Positions 50,761-62,061 of a DNA stretch of 64,000 nt are shown piece after piece (within the stretch, counting starts at the first letter, position 1; every line of letters begins with the position of its first letter). The DNA lies in contig NC_086101.1 of NCBI RefSeq assembly GCF_963921235.1, positions 1,178,001-1,242,000 on the forward strand, given 5' to 3'. A program made the translations under genes and the position numbers. Below the pieces are notes generated by a model. That model searched no databases. It saw nothing but the letters and a program-made list of their open reading frames with translations, and had not been told where the DNA came from. Origin of the DNA: Mobula hypostoma (Eukaryota).

Positions 50761-51210
50761 TGCCATGATGAGGCTAAACTTAGGTTGGAGGAGAAATACC
50801 TCATATACCGTCTAGGTAGTCACCAGCCCCTTGGCAGGAACACTGCTAATCTCCAGCTTCTGGTAATTCCCTCTCCCTCCCCTCCCCCATCCCAGTTTCA
50901 CTCTGCCCCACCTCCAGCTGCCTTTCACCTCTCTCATGGTTCTGCCTCCTTCTGCTACCCATTGTGCTTTCCCCTATTCCTTCTCCACCTTTCCTGCCTA
51001 TCCCCTCCCCCACCCCTTTATCTTTCCCCTTACTGGTTTTTCACCTGGCACCTACCAGCCTTCTCCTTCCCACCCTCCCCCCACCTTCTTTATAGGGCCT
51101 CTGCCCCTCCCCCTACAGTCCTGACGAAGGGTTCCGGCCCAAAACGTTGACTGATCGTTTCCACGGATGCTGCCCGATCTGCTGAGTTCCTCCAGTGTGT
51201 TGTGAGTGTT
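50761..51210 (+). mobile_element. Penelope-like element 3' end
   Basis: CHDEAKLRLEEKYLIYRLGSHQPLG; near copy of 11011-11475; inserted in CR1 ORF1. Confidence 0.88.
51116..51153 (+). ncRNA. Hammerhead ribozyme motif, probably inactivated
   Basis: CAGUC-CUGACGA-A-GGG-UUCCGG-CCC-AAAA-C-GUU-GACUG; GAAA core mutated to AAAA. Confidence 0.7.
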
Positions 51211-51429
51211 GCAACTGCTTTCTGCTGAGTCTGAGCTATTCAAATCTTGATTGACTTGATTGCACAATCCAACTGCCAAAATCTCTCGAGCCAAAGCCTC
51301 AAAGCTCCACGTTTCACTGGCCGCTCTACTGGCCCTTCCTTGCTTTCAAACTCTTCTCGCTGTTCTCACTGGCTGACAACCACGCGCTTGCGCAGTTGTG
51401 CTCCGTTCAAATGGCTGAAGAAATAACAC

Positions 51430-51922
51430 CCTAGATGTGGAGGAACTAGTAATGATCTTCCAAAAATCATTGGACTCTGTCATGGTGCCAGAGGATTGGA
51501 AAATTCCAAATGCCAGTCCGCTCTTTAAGAAATGAGTAAGGTAGCAGAAAGTTAATTATACACCAGTGAGCCTGACCTCAGTGGTTGGGAAGATGTCGGA
51601 GTCAGTGGTTAAGGATGAGGTTATGGAGTACTTGGAGACACAGGACAAGATAGGACAAATTCAGCAGTTTCCTAAAGAGACATTCTTGCCTGAGAAACCT
51701 GTTGGAATTCTTTGAAGAGATTACATATAGGGTAGATAAAGGGTATGTAGTGGATGTTACATATTTTTACTTTCAGAAGGACTTTGACAATGTGCCACAC
51801 ATGTCAAGAGCCCATGGGGCTACTTACCAAGTTAAGAGCCCATGGCATTACAGGAACGTTACTGGCATGGTTAGAGCCTTGGCTGATTGGTAGGAGACCG
51901 TAAGTGGGTATAAAAGGATCCT
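51430..51922 (+). mobile_element. Decayed CR1 RT fragment
   Basis: EFFEEIT.RVDKG..VDV.Y..FQKDFDNVPH. Confidence 0.75.
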
Positions 51923-51924
51923 TT

Positions 51925-53086
51925 TCTGCCCTGCCCTGCCCTGCCCTGCCCTGCCTTGCCTTGCCCATTGTTGCTTTGAACAGTCTCTGTGTCCACGCCT
52001 TTGCTAGGTAGGTCCGGCCATTTGCCGCTACCTAGTGTTGAGCACTGTCTCTGTGTCCACACCTTCGCTAGGTAGGCCCAGCTGCTTGCTGCTAGCTTGT
52101 ATTGCGAACTGTCTCTTTGTGCCCTCGTCTCTGCTGGGTAGGTCCGGCCGTTTGTTGCTACCTTGAGTGGAGATCTGCCTCTCAGTGTTCTGTGTATGAG
52201 TCCCGGTCCTACGTCCTGTTTCCAAGGATGGGTCCCAGTTCTGTGTTCCGTGTTCCTGTTTCTCAAGATTACCAAGGCTCTAGGCTCTACGTTCCTGTCT
52301 CTCCCTCAACTGAGGCGCTGCGTTCCTGTCTCTCCCTCAACTGAGGCACTGCGTTCCTGTCTCTCCCTCGACCGAGGCTCTGCGTTCCTGTCCCTCCCTC
52401 GACCGAGTCTCTGCATTCCTGTCTCTCCCTCGACCGAGGCTCTGCCTTCATGTCTCTCCCTCGACCGAGGCTCTGCGTTCCTGTCTCTCCCTCAACCGAG
52501 GCTCTGCGTTCCTGTCTCTCCCTCAACCAAATCAAGGCTTCGTGTTTTCGCCCAGCCCAGGAGTACCTCGCCCAGCCCGGTGTTGGAGTTCCCTCGTCCT
52601 GTGCTGGAGTCTCTCGCCTTGTCCAAGCCAAGGCTTGTGCTCTTGTCCTGTCCACGTGCCTTGTCCTGTGCAGGAGGTCCACATCCTGTTCTGTAGCCAT
52701 GTCTTGTCCTTGCCTAGTTCTGGAGACCGAGTTCGAGTCCAAACCCAAGCCTTTTCATGTCCTCGGCTCGGAGTCCGAACCCAAGCCTCGTCCAGTCCTG
52801 TAGCCACGTCATGTCCTCGCCTAGTTCTTGGGTCCAAGTCCGAGTCAAGACCCAGGTTCTGGGTCCTTGTCCAGTCTCTGGCCTGGAGTCCAAGCCCAGG
52901 CTCCTAGTTCCCAGTTCCTTGTCCTGGTCCCACTTGCCTAGCCAATGTCCTAGCCCAAGTCTGTGTTCTTGTCCCAGCTCCTAGTCTGCATCCAGTCACG
53001 TCCCTAACTCTAGTCCTGTCCTGTTCCTAGTACATCAGTGTCTGTGCCTTGCATTTGGGTCTGCCACCAACGCCCCCCTTATGACA
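51925..53086 (+). mobile_element. Probable solo/partial LTR with internal tandem repeats
   Basis: Pyrimidine-rich, several internal repeats, ends TGCATTTGGGTC...TGACA as in fish Gypsy LTRs; no matching 5' end or TSD found. Confidence 0.5.
52283..52528. repeat. 31-bp tandem repeat, ~8 copies
   Basis: Unit GGCTCTGCGTTCCTGTCTCTCCCTCGACCGA, head to tail, no spacers. Confidence 0.92.
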
Positions 53087-53433
53087 CAACATACTTGTGC
53101 TGCTGCCTTCAGAATTCTTTTCTGCAGTAGCATTATTATTTATTCACAAGATACCAAAGCTTGGATTTATCTTTGCAGTATTTCATCATTCTGTGTACAG
53201 CTGTAAATTTGACAAAGGCACCTCTTTAATTCCTTGACTGCTCTATCGTATAACAATACCCAGGTGATCGCAACAGGAAGACAAGAGAAGAAATATTCGC
53301 GAAGGATGAGAAGCTGCATGATGGTAGAACAATGTAAAACTCGTTTATTTATGAAGCCGTTACAAGTAACACTTTACTAAATTCACCAAAGAAAATAGCA
53401 AAATCAGGTTGCTAAATTAAGATGCATAATCAC

Positions 53434-53574
53434 CTGTCTCTTTCAGCAGTGAAATGACAAGTGTTCAGTGCAGTGCACACAATGAATGTGAAGATATTCA
53501 ACCCTACGTTTACCAGACAGAATACACAACTCCACAGGTGAAAGATGGTTGGTACTAAATCATCTCGACAGCTC
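53434..53574 (-). CDS. Candidate 141-bp host exon encoding a transmembrane-like segment
   Basis: Lies in non-repetitive DNA; acceptor CTTTTTCTGCACTCTGCAG, donor CAG|GTGATT; only one open frame: SCRDDLVPTIFHLWSCVFCLVNVGLNIFTFIVCTALNTCHFTAERD. Confidence 0.35.
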
Positions 53575-53689
53575 CTGCAGAGTGCAGAAAAAGATAGTGG
53601 ATTTAATATGAAACAATGATCACAAACACATATCTTCACTATCTGTTATACAGGTGCTTTGTCCTGTAATCTTACAACAGACATTTTAG

Positions 53690-54150
53690 AACACAGAAAC
53701 CTGCAACGCATTGCAAGCCCTTGGGCCCACAATGTTGTGTTGACCATGTAACCTACTCTAGAAACTGCCTAGAATTTTCATACTGCATAGCCCTCTATTT
53801 TTCTAAGCTCCATGTACCTATCTAAATCTCTTAAAAGACCCTATTGTATCCACTTCCACCACCACCGCCGGCAGTGCATTTCACACATCCACCGCTCTCT
53901 GTGTGGAAAAACTTACCTTGTACCTACTTCCAAACACCTTAAAACTATGGCCCCTCATGCTAGCTATTTCAGTCCTGGAAAAAAGCCTCTGACTATCCAC
54001 ACGATCAATGTCTCTCATCATCTTATACACCTCCATCACCTCTTATCCTCCGTCGCTCCAAGGAGAAAAGGCCAAGTTCACTCAACCTATTCTCAAAACG
54101 CATGCTCCCCAATCCAGGCAACATCCTTGTAAATCTCCTCTGCACTCTCT
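53690..54150 (-). mobile_element. CR1 3' end
   Basis: Same family as 2886-3323 and 54500-54898. Confidence 0.85.
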
Positions 54151-54499
54151 ATAATATCTCCTATAATTTATTTGTTACTTTATACATTTACATTGTGCCT
54201 TGATTTTACAAATTGAAAGTTTATGCTTCAGTAATTTACCTTATAACTGTGAGCTAAGATTCTTCATTTCTGCTTTGTCTGTACCGTTTTACCTCTTTCA
54301 ACTTGACATAGTTTCTTCGTAGTTTAAAAGCTGTGAACATAACAATTACAATTATTCAGTAGGTGAAGCTGGAATGTTTCTACCACATGATATAGGCATT
54401 TTCTCTTTCCAAAGCACTGACTGCTTTGTAAAATCCTCATAATTCCATTAACAAGACAATATGTCAGTTATAACACCAGAAGATTCACTAAGAAGGCCA

Positions 54500-54898
54500 T
54501 GACCTCCTTGGAGCGACAGAGGATGGGAGGTGACCTGATAGAGGTGTATAAGATGATGAAAGACATTGATCGTGTGGATAGTCAGAGGCTTTTTCCCAGG
54601 GCTGAAATGGCTAGCACGAGAGGGCACTGTTTTAAGGTAATTGGAAGTAGGTACAGAGGAGATGTCAGGGGTAAGTTTTTTACGCAGAGGGTGGTGAGTG
54701 TGTGGAATGGGCTGCCGGCGACAGTGGTGGAGGCGGATACGATAGGGTCTTTTAAGAGACTCCTGGATAGGTACATGGAGCTTAGAAAAATAGAGGGTTA
54801 TAGGTAATGCTAGGCAATTTCTAAAGTAAGTACATGTTCGTCACAGCATAGTGGGCCAAAGGGCCTGTATTGTGCCGTGGGTTTTCTATGTTTCTATG
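54500..54898 (+). mobile_element. CR1 3' end
   Basis: SLERQRMGGDLIEVYK...FFTQRVV; (TTCTATG)n tail. Confidence 0.9.
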
Positions 54899-55097
54899 AC
54901 AGCGTGGAACTTGAGCAGCCAGTGCAAGTGGTACACGAAGCTCGATTTCAAAGCTTTGGATACGTGCATTGGTAGTGGGGGGCTGAGAGGACTATGGTTC
55001 CAGTGCAGGTCGATGGGGAGCAGGCAGTTTAAATGGTTTGGCACGGACTGCTTGGGTCAAAGGGCCTGTTCCTGTGCTGTTCTTTTCTATGGCTCTG

Positions 55098-57020
55098 AGA
55101 CCATAAGATGAATCAGAAAGAGGAGCAGCTTCGAAGGAGACCATGGCGCCTAATGGCGACTCCTTCACTTGCATCTTCAGAAACAGCTCAATTTCCATCT
55201 TTAATATCTCTATTTTTCCCTTTCAGGGTTCTTTTGAAGACCCTGACCTGGAGTTACACGCTGACTATGGTTCTTTGTGAGAATGGGACCAGCTCTTGGG
55301 GTTTCACGACTGGCCGTTATTCAGTATGCCAAGAATGTGGCCTAAGAAATTATCTCGCCTTCGAAGTTCCAGGATCCCTCAGCTCTGGAGATGGGCGGAC
55401 CGAAGGTCGGTGTCCCAGCAGGAAATCGGTGTGTCCTGGGAGATGGAAGATCTCTGGCTGTGTGCCCAGAAATCCGATATCTTTGGGCACAGAGCACGAG
55501 AAAAGCGTTGCAATGGACTTTTAACATCATAAACCAGCGAGTTGTTTGTTACGTCTCCCCTCTTGCTGTAAAACGGGGACATTTCTTTTTCTCTTATTAG
55601 GGAGAGAGAGAGTCTGTGGTATGCCGACTACCAGGTGAACGAGTAGTCTTTGGGGTACTGCAAGTCGGTGTCTTTGCTGCATGCTTGAGTGCTCGGTGAG
55701 GGGCGCTGGGCCAATGCTTCCTTTTTGCTGGGGTAGGGGGGATCGTTGCTCTGCTGCTGCTTACGCGAGGGAGGGAGGGGAGCTGGGGGTCTGTGGGGTT
55801 CTAATATTTAACTGTCATTCATTCTTTGGGGCATTCCTCTGTTTTCGTGGATGGTTGCGAAGAGAAAGCATTTCAGGATGTATATTGTATACATTTCTCT
55901 GACATTAAATGTACCTTTCAAACCTTTGATATAGGAGCAGAATTAGGTTATTTGGCCTATCAAGTCTGCTCCACCAATTCATCGTGGCTGATCCACTTCC
56001 TTCCCAGTCCCAATCTCGTGCCTTCTCTCCATATCCCTTCATGCTCTGATTAATCAAGAATCTATCAGCCTCTTCCTTAAATACTGACTTGGCCTCTACA
56101 GCTGCCTGTAGCAACAAGTTCCACAGATTCACCACTCTGGCTAAAGAAATTCTCCTCATCTCCATTCTAAATGGCTATCTCTGTATTCTGAGGTTGTGTC
56201 CTCTGGTCTCAGACACCTACACCAAGGAAACATCCTCTCCACATCCAGTTTACTGAAGCCCTTTAACATTCAATAGGCTTCAATAAGATCCACCCACCTT
56301 TCCTTCTGAATTCCAGAGAGTACAGACCCAGAGCCATCAAGCACTCCTCATATGATAAGCTTTTTAATCCTGGTATCATTTTCATAACCTCCTTTAAGCT
56401 CTGTCCAATGTCACCACATCCTTTCTAAGGGGCAATACTCCAAGTGAGGCCTTACCAGTGCTTTGTATAATCTCAACATTACATCCTTGCCTTTATATTC
56501 TAGTCCTCTTGAAATGAATGCCAACATTGCATTTGCCTTCCTCACCACAGATTCAACCTGCAAATTAACCTTTAAGGAATCCTGCACGGGAACTCCCAGG
56601 TACCTTGCACCTCAGAATTTTGAATTTACTTTTCATCTCGAAGATAGTCTCCACCAAAGTGCATGACCATACAATTCCTAACACTGTTTTCCATCTGCCA
56701 CTTCTTTGCCCATTTTCCTAATCTGTCTAAGTCCTTCCTCAAAATTACCTGCCTTCACATATCTTGGTATGGTCTGCACACCTGGACACAAAGGCATCAG
56801 TTCTGTCATCCAATTCATTGACATACTGCTTAATGTACAAGAACTGGTCCCAACACAGACCCATGTGCAACACCACCAGTCACTGGCAGCCAACCAGATA
56901 AGGCTTCCTTTACTCCCATTCCTTGCTTCCTGCCAATCAGCCAACGCTTTATTCATGCTACTAACTTTTCAGAAATGCCATGGGCTCCTAACTTGTTAAT
57001 CAGCCTAAGTGTGGCACTTT
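55098..57020 (-). mobile_element. Decayed CR1 3' half, tail interrupted by family B
   Basis: GACCATAAGA|TATAGGAGCAGAATTAGG tail split at 55110-55929; RT remnants extend to ~57020. Confidence 0.8.
55110..55929 (+). mobile_element. Non-autonomous retroposon family B, copy 2
   Basis: Alignable end to end with 13904-14736; ATGGCGCC 5' motif; ACCTTT(C/G)A tandem tail; GAT at both junctions. Confidence 0.78.
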
Positions 57021-57837
57021 GGGTCGGATTTCACTGTGGAAACCAGGATGACAGAAAAGAGGTAAAAAGCGAGTGTCGCAGCTATTACTGTGGAGAGGGT
57101 GCTTGGTAAAATGAAAATCCTGAAGAGATTGAGAAGGCATTAGTAATGATCTTTCAAGAAATAATAAAGTCCAAAAGATTTCCAAGGAATGGAAAATTGG
57201 AAATGTAACTACTCTACTTGCTTCATTGGCTGGAGAGATGTTCGAGTCAATAATTAAGGAGGAGGTTGGGGTTATTGGAGGCACGTGATAAAATCAGCAT
57301 TCTTTGCGGGAATAACAAGCAGGATAGACAAAGTGGTATTGTTTATTTGGATTACAGGAGGCCTTTCACAAGGGACCACACACGATGCTGCATAACAAGA
57401 GACCAATGAGATTTAAAGAAAAATGTTGTTTCCTATGGTCTGACAGGAAAGATAGAAGATCGGTTGACTGGTAGGAGATAAAGAGAGTAAAAGGAGAATA
57501 ACCTCTAGTCTTAGTTCCTGCTCACTGATCACCTTCCATTCTGATGCAGCAGCCTCTTGTCGCCAACCAAAAATGTTTTTTTTTGTGAAATGTGATTTTT
57601 AAATGGGATTTAGGACGTAAGTCTATTGCACACTCCAGAGCAGAAGGTGACGGTAATGTACTGTTAAGCTGGGTGCCAACCGCCGTAAAACAAGATGGAG
57701 AAGAAGAAGAAGAAGTGATTTTTACAAATGTAAGACAACTCTGGACTCCATGAACTTCAAATACTACAGGTCTACCCCATCAGTGAGCTGCTTGTTGGTG
57801 GGAGTAGTTGGACTAGGTGTTGGTGCAGCCAGGCGGC

Positions 57838-60490
57838 ATGTCAGAGAAGGAGCTGGCCAGTGTGTCGGAGGAAGAGCTGGCCAGTGTGTCGGAGAAGGAG
57901 CCAGCCAGTGTGTTAGAGGAAGAGTTGGACAGTGTGTCAGAGGAAGAGCCGGCCAGTGTGTTAGAGGAAGAGCTGGCCAGTGTGTCGGAGAAGGAGCCGG
58001 CCAGTGTGTTAGAGGAAGAGCTGGCCAGTGTGTCAGAGGAAGAGCCGGCCAGTGTGTCAGAGGAAGAGTTGGCCAGTGTGTCGGAGAAGGAGCTGGCCAG
58101 TGTGTCGGAGAAGGAGCCGGCCAGTGTGTTAGAGGAAGAGTTGGCCAGTGTGTCAGAGGAAGAGCCGGCCAGTGTGTTAGAGGAAGAGCTGGCCAGTGTG
58201 TCGGAGAAGGAGCCGGCCAGTGTGTTAGAGGAAGAGCTGGCCAGTGTGTCAGAGGAAGAGCCGGCCAGTGTGTCAGAGGAAGAGCTGGCCAGTGTGTCAG
58301 AGGAAGAGCTGGCCAGTGTGTCGGAGAAGGAGCCGGCCAGTGTGTTAGAGGAAGAGCTGGCCAGTGTGTCAGAGGAAGAGCCGGCCAGTGTGTCAGGGGA
58401 AGAGCCGGCCAGTGTGTCAGAGGAAGAGCTGGCCAGTGTGTCAGAGGAAGAGCCGGCCAGTGTGTTAGAGGAAGAGCTGGCCAGTGTGTCAGAGGAAGAG
58501 CCGGCCAGTGTGTCAGGGGAAGAGCCGGCCAGTGTGTTAGAGGAAGAGCTGGCCAGTGTGTCAGAGGAAGAGCCGGCCAGTGTGTCAGAGGAAGAGCTGG
58601 CCAGTGTGTCGGAGAAGGAGCCGGCCAGTGTGTTAGAGGAAGAGCTGGCCAGTGTGTCGGAGAAGGAGCCGGCCAGTGTGTCAGAGGAAGAGCTGGCCAG
58701 TGTGTCGGAGAAGGAGCCGGCCAGTGTGTCAGAGGAAGAGCTGGCCAGTGTGTCGGAGAAGGAGCCGGCCAGTGTGTTAGAGGAAGAGCTGGCCAGTGTG
58801 TCAGAGGAAGAGCCGGCCAGTGTGTTAGAGGAAGAGCTGGCCAGTGTGTCAGAGGAAGAGCCGGCCAGTGTGTCAGAGAAGGAGCTGACCAGTGTGTCAG
58901 AGGAGGAGCTGACCAGTGTGTCAGAGGAGGAGCTGACCAGTGTGTTAGAGGAAGAGCTGGCCAGTGTGTCAGAGGAAGAGCCGACCAGTGTGTCAGAGGA
59001 AGAGCCGGCCAGTGTGTTAGAGGAAGAGCCGGCCAGTGTGTCACAGGAAGAGCCGGCCAGTGTGTTAGAGGAAGAGCTGGCCAGTGTGTCAGAGGAAGAG
59101 CCGGCCAGTGTGTTAGAGGAAGAGCTGGCCAGTGTGTCAGAGGAAGAGCCGGCCAGTGTGTCGGAGAAGGAGCCAGTCAATAGTTGGAGAAGGAGCTGAC
59201 CAGTGTGTCAGAGGAAGAGCTGACCAGTGTGTCAGAGGAAGAGCCGGCCAGTGTGTCAGGGGAAGAGCCGGCCAGTGTGTTAGAGGAAGAGCTGGCCAGT
59301 GTGTCAGAGGAAGAGCCGGCCAGTGTGTCAGAGGAAGAGCTGGCCAGTGTGTCGGAGAAGGAGCCGGCCAGTGTGTTAGAGGAAGAGCTGGCCAGTGTGT
59401 CGGAGAAGGAGCCGGCCAGTGTGTCAGAGGAAGAGCTGGCCAGTGTGTCGGAGAAGGAGCCGGCCAGTGTGTCAGAGGAAGAGCTGGCCAGTGTGTCGGA
59501 GAAGGAGCCGGCCAGTGTGTTAGAGGAAGAGCTGGCCAGTGTGTCAGAGGAAGAGCCGGCCAGTGTGTTAGAGGAAGAGCTGGCCAGTGTGTCAGAGGAA
59601 GAGCCGGCCAGTGTGTCAGAGAAGGAGCTGACCAGTGTGTCAGAGGAGGAGCTGACCAGTGTGTCAGAGGAGGAGCTGACCAGTGTGTTAGAGGAAGAGC
59701 TGGCCAGTGTGTCAGAGGAAGAGCCGACCAGTGTGTCAGAGGAAGAGCCGGCCAGTGTGTTAGAGGAAGAGCCGGCCAGTGTGTCACAGGAAGAGCCGGC
59801 CAGTGTGTTAGAGGAAGAGCTGGCCAGTGTGTCAGAGGAAGAGCCGGCCAGTGTGTTAGAGGAAGAGCTGGCCAGTGTGTCAGAGGAAGAGCCGGCCAGT
59901 GTGTCGGAGAAGGAGCCAGTCAATAGTTGGAGAAGGAGCTGACCAGTGTGTCAGAGGAAGAGCTGACCAGTGTGTCAGAGGAAGAGCCGGCCAGTGTGTT
60001 AGAGGAAGAGCCAGCCAGTGCGTCAGAGGAAGAGCCGGCCAGTGTGTCAGAGGAAGAGCCGGCCAGTGTGTTAGAGGAAGAGCCGGCCAGTGTGTTAGAG
60101 GAAGAGCTGGCCAGTGTGTCGGAGGAAGAGCCGGCCAGTGTGTTAGAGGAAGAGCCGGCCAGTGTGTTAGAGGAAGAGCTGGCCAGTGTGTCAGAGGAAG
60201 AGCCGGCCAGTGTGTTAGAGGAAGAGCTGGCCAGTGTGTCGGAGGAAGAGCCGGCCAGTGTGTCGGAGAAGGAGCCAGTCAATGTGTTGGAGAAGGAGCT
60301 GCCCAGTGTGTCAGAGAAGGAGCTGACCAGTGTGTCAGAGGAAGAGCCAGCCAGTGTGTCGGAGAAGGAGCCAGTCAATGTGTTGGAGAAGGAGCTGGCC
60401 AGTGTGTCAGAGAAGGAGCTGACGAGTGTGTCAGAGAAGGAGCTGACCAGTGTGTTAGAGGAAGAGCTGGTCAGTGTGTTGGAGGAGCTG
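57838..60490. repeat. 24-bp minisatellite (~110 units) with a 743-bp higher-order duplication
   Basis: Unit CCAGTGTGTCAGAGGAAGAGC(C/T)GG; the variant unit CAGTCAATAGTTGG recurs at ~59174 and ~59917. Confidence 0.97.
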
Positions 60491-61060
60491 GATTCATAGG
60501 AGCTGAACTCAGGTGCAGACTGTGTTGCCACCTGTTACTGAAAGGCATCGGAGCTGGTGCGCAAAGACGGCTTGCAGTGTAACTGTGGGGTATTGTCTTG
60601 GACGTTTCTCTTGCGATCGCAAGACCCCATCGGACAGTGATAAGGTAAGATGCTACAGGCCTGTTTCCATTGTTTGGTGGTGAGACGGGTGCTATGGGAG
60701 CTCCATAGCCTCAGCTGTAGTGAGGACTAGGCCTCAGGCCATTGGCTTGCCTGCTGCTGCAGTCCTGTGAGGAGATGTCGGAGGCAGTGCAGTGCAGTGC
60801 TCAGTTGGGAGCTGCCCTCCTGTGTTCCATCGGTGGAATGGCAGGTTGGGTTGCTTGCATCTGCACATTGCTAGGAGACTGTACCATCAATTCACAGAAC
60901 ACGTTGCTCAGGAACTTGGACTATATTTATGCTTTTTGTGTGACTGGTTTTTTTTGCGCAATATTTTGAATATGCTGTGTATAGCTTGGCCCCAGAGGAA
61001 TGCTGTTTTGTTCTGCTGTATCTATGTGTGGTTGAATGATCATTAAACTTGACTTCATTT
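60490..61060 (+). mobile_element. Probable retroposon 3' non-coding portion
   Basis: Ends in a T-rich stretch, GTTGAATGATCATTAAACTTGAC, resembling Rex1-type tails. Confidence 0.35.
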
Positions 61061-61179
61061 CATTTGATGGGGACAGACCAATCAGACAACCGCTGCAGAG
61101 CACTGTCTTTTTTAATCTTCAGTCTTGAACCCAAGTGAAATTGTCCAATCTTCTCGTGCACCCACTCACTGACGACAGC

Positions 61180-61770
61180 ATAGCAACAGGCCCTTTGGCC
61201 CATCTAGTCCATGACAAACCATTTAAACTGTCTGCTCCCATCGACCAGCACCTGGATCAGAGCCCTTCATATCTCTCCCATTCACGTACCGATCCAAACT
61301 TCTCTTAAACATTCCAATCAAAAGCACATCTACCAGCTGCACTGGCAGTTTATTCCACATCCTTACTTGCTCCTGAGTGAAGTTTTCTTTCACATTCCCC
61401 TGAAAGATTGCACCTTTCACCCTCAACCCATGACCTCTAGTTAGTCTCACCTAACCAGTGGAAAAAGCCTGCTTGCATTTCCCTTACCTACTGTATACTT
61501 CTATCAGATCTCCCCTCAATCTTCTATGTGTCCAGGGAATAAAGTTTTAAACTATTCAACCTTTTCCTATAACTCATGTCCTCCAGCCCCAGCAACATCC
61601 TTGTAAATTTTCTTTGCACTCTTGTAATCTTATTCCCATCTTTCCTACACTCCAAATTAGGCCTCACCAACCTGTTACAGAACTTTAACGTAACATCCCA
61701 AGTCCTGAACTGGGTACTTTGATTTCTGAAGGCCAATGTGCCAAAAGCTTTCTTTACAATCTCAGTTACC
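61180..61770 (-). mobile_element. Decayed CR1 3' end
   Basis: LVRPNLE...RVQRKFTRML.GLE; TRGH.L.V.G..F. Confidence 0.75.
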
Positions 61771-62061
61771 TGTTAAAGAAGGTGAATTTCAGAGCCCAAC
61801 CACTATCAGAGTAAGGCTGTTATTCAACATGGTTTGCATGGTTTACAGAGTGCAGATTATTATCAGAGAATATATACAGTATACAACCTGAAAGTCGCAG
61901 TCTTCATACACATCTATGAAAATCAGAAAAACCCCAAGAGAATGAACGACAGGAAAACATTAAAACTCTAAAGCCCCCTTTGCCCACTGCCCCATGCAAA
62001 CAGTAGCAAAGCATCAACCCTACCCACCCCCCCAGATACCCATTTCAGCAAAAAGCTTAGC

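Larger units (their letters stand above)
45749..51425 (-). mobile_element. Full-length CR1 (5'UTR, ORF1, ORF2, tail) split by RTE and Penelope inserts
   Basis: Colinear ORFs 45863-46798, 46999, 47327, 47883, 48410, 48742, 50172-50649; TAGACAC tandem tail; 5'UTR ends like 45700-45730. Confidence 0.88.

Noticed and set aside
52283..52528. 31-bp repeats as a CRISPR array
   Set aside because: Head-to-tail units with no spacers, no cas genes, and a eukaryotic context
53447..53537. Plus-strand alternative exon (TTTCAG ... CAG|GTGAAA) overlapping the minus-strand candidate
   Set aside because: No compatible neighbouring exon or recognisable peptide; the minus-strand model has better support, though neither is proven
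57640..57716. Short segment ending in (GAA)n as a separate retroposon tail
   Set aside because: Too short, single copy in the window, and no clear TSD
57750..60582. Long acidic (EEELASVS)n and (GQCVRGRA)n ORFs
   Set aside because: Several frames on both strands are open, which is expected from a stop-free 24-bp unit; frameshifting units are tolerated
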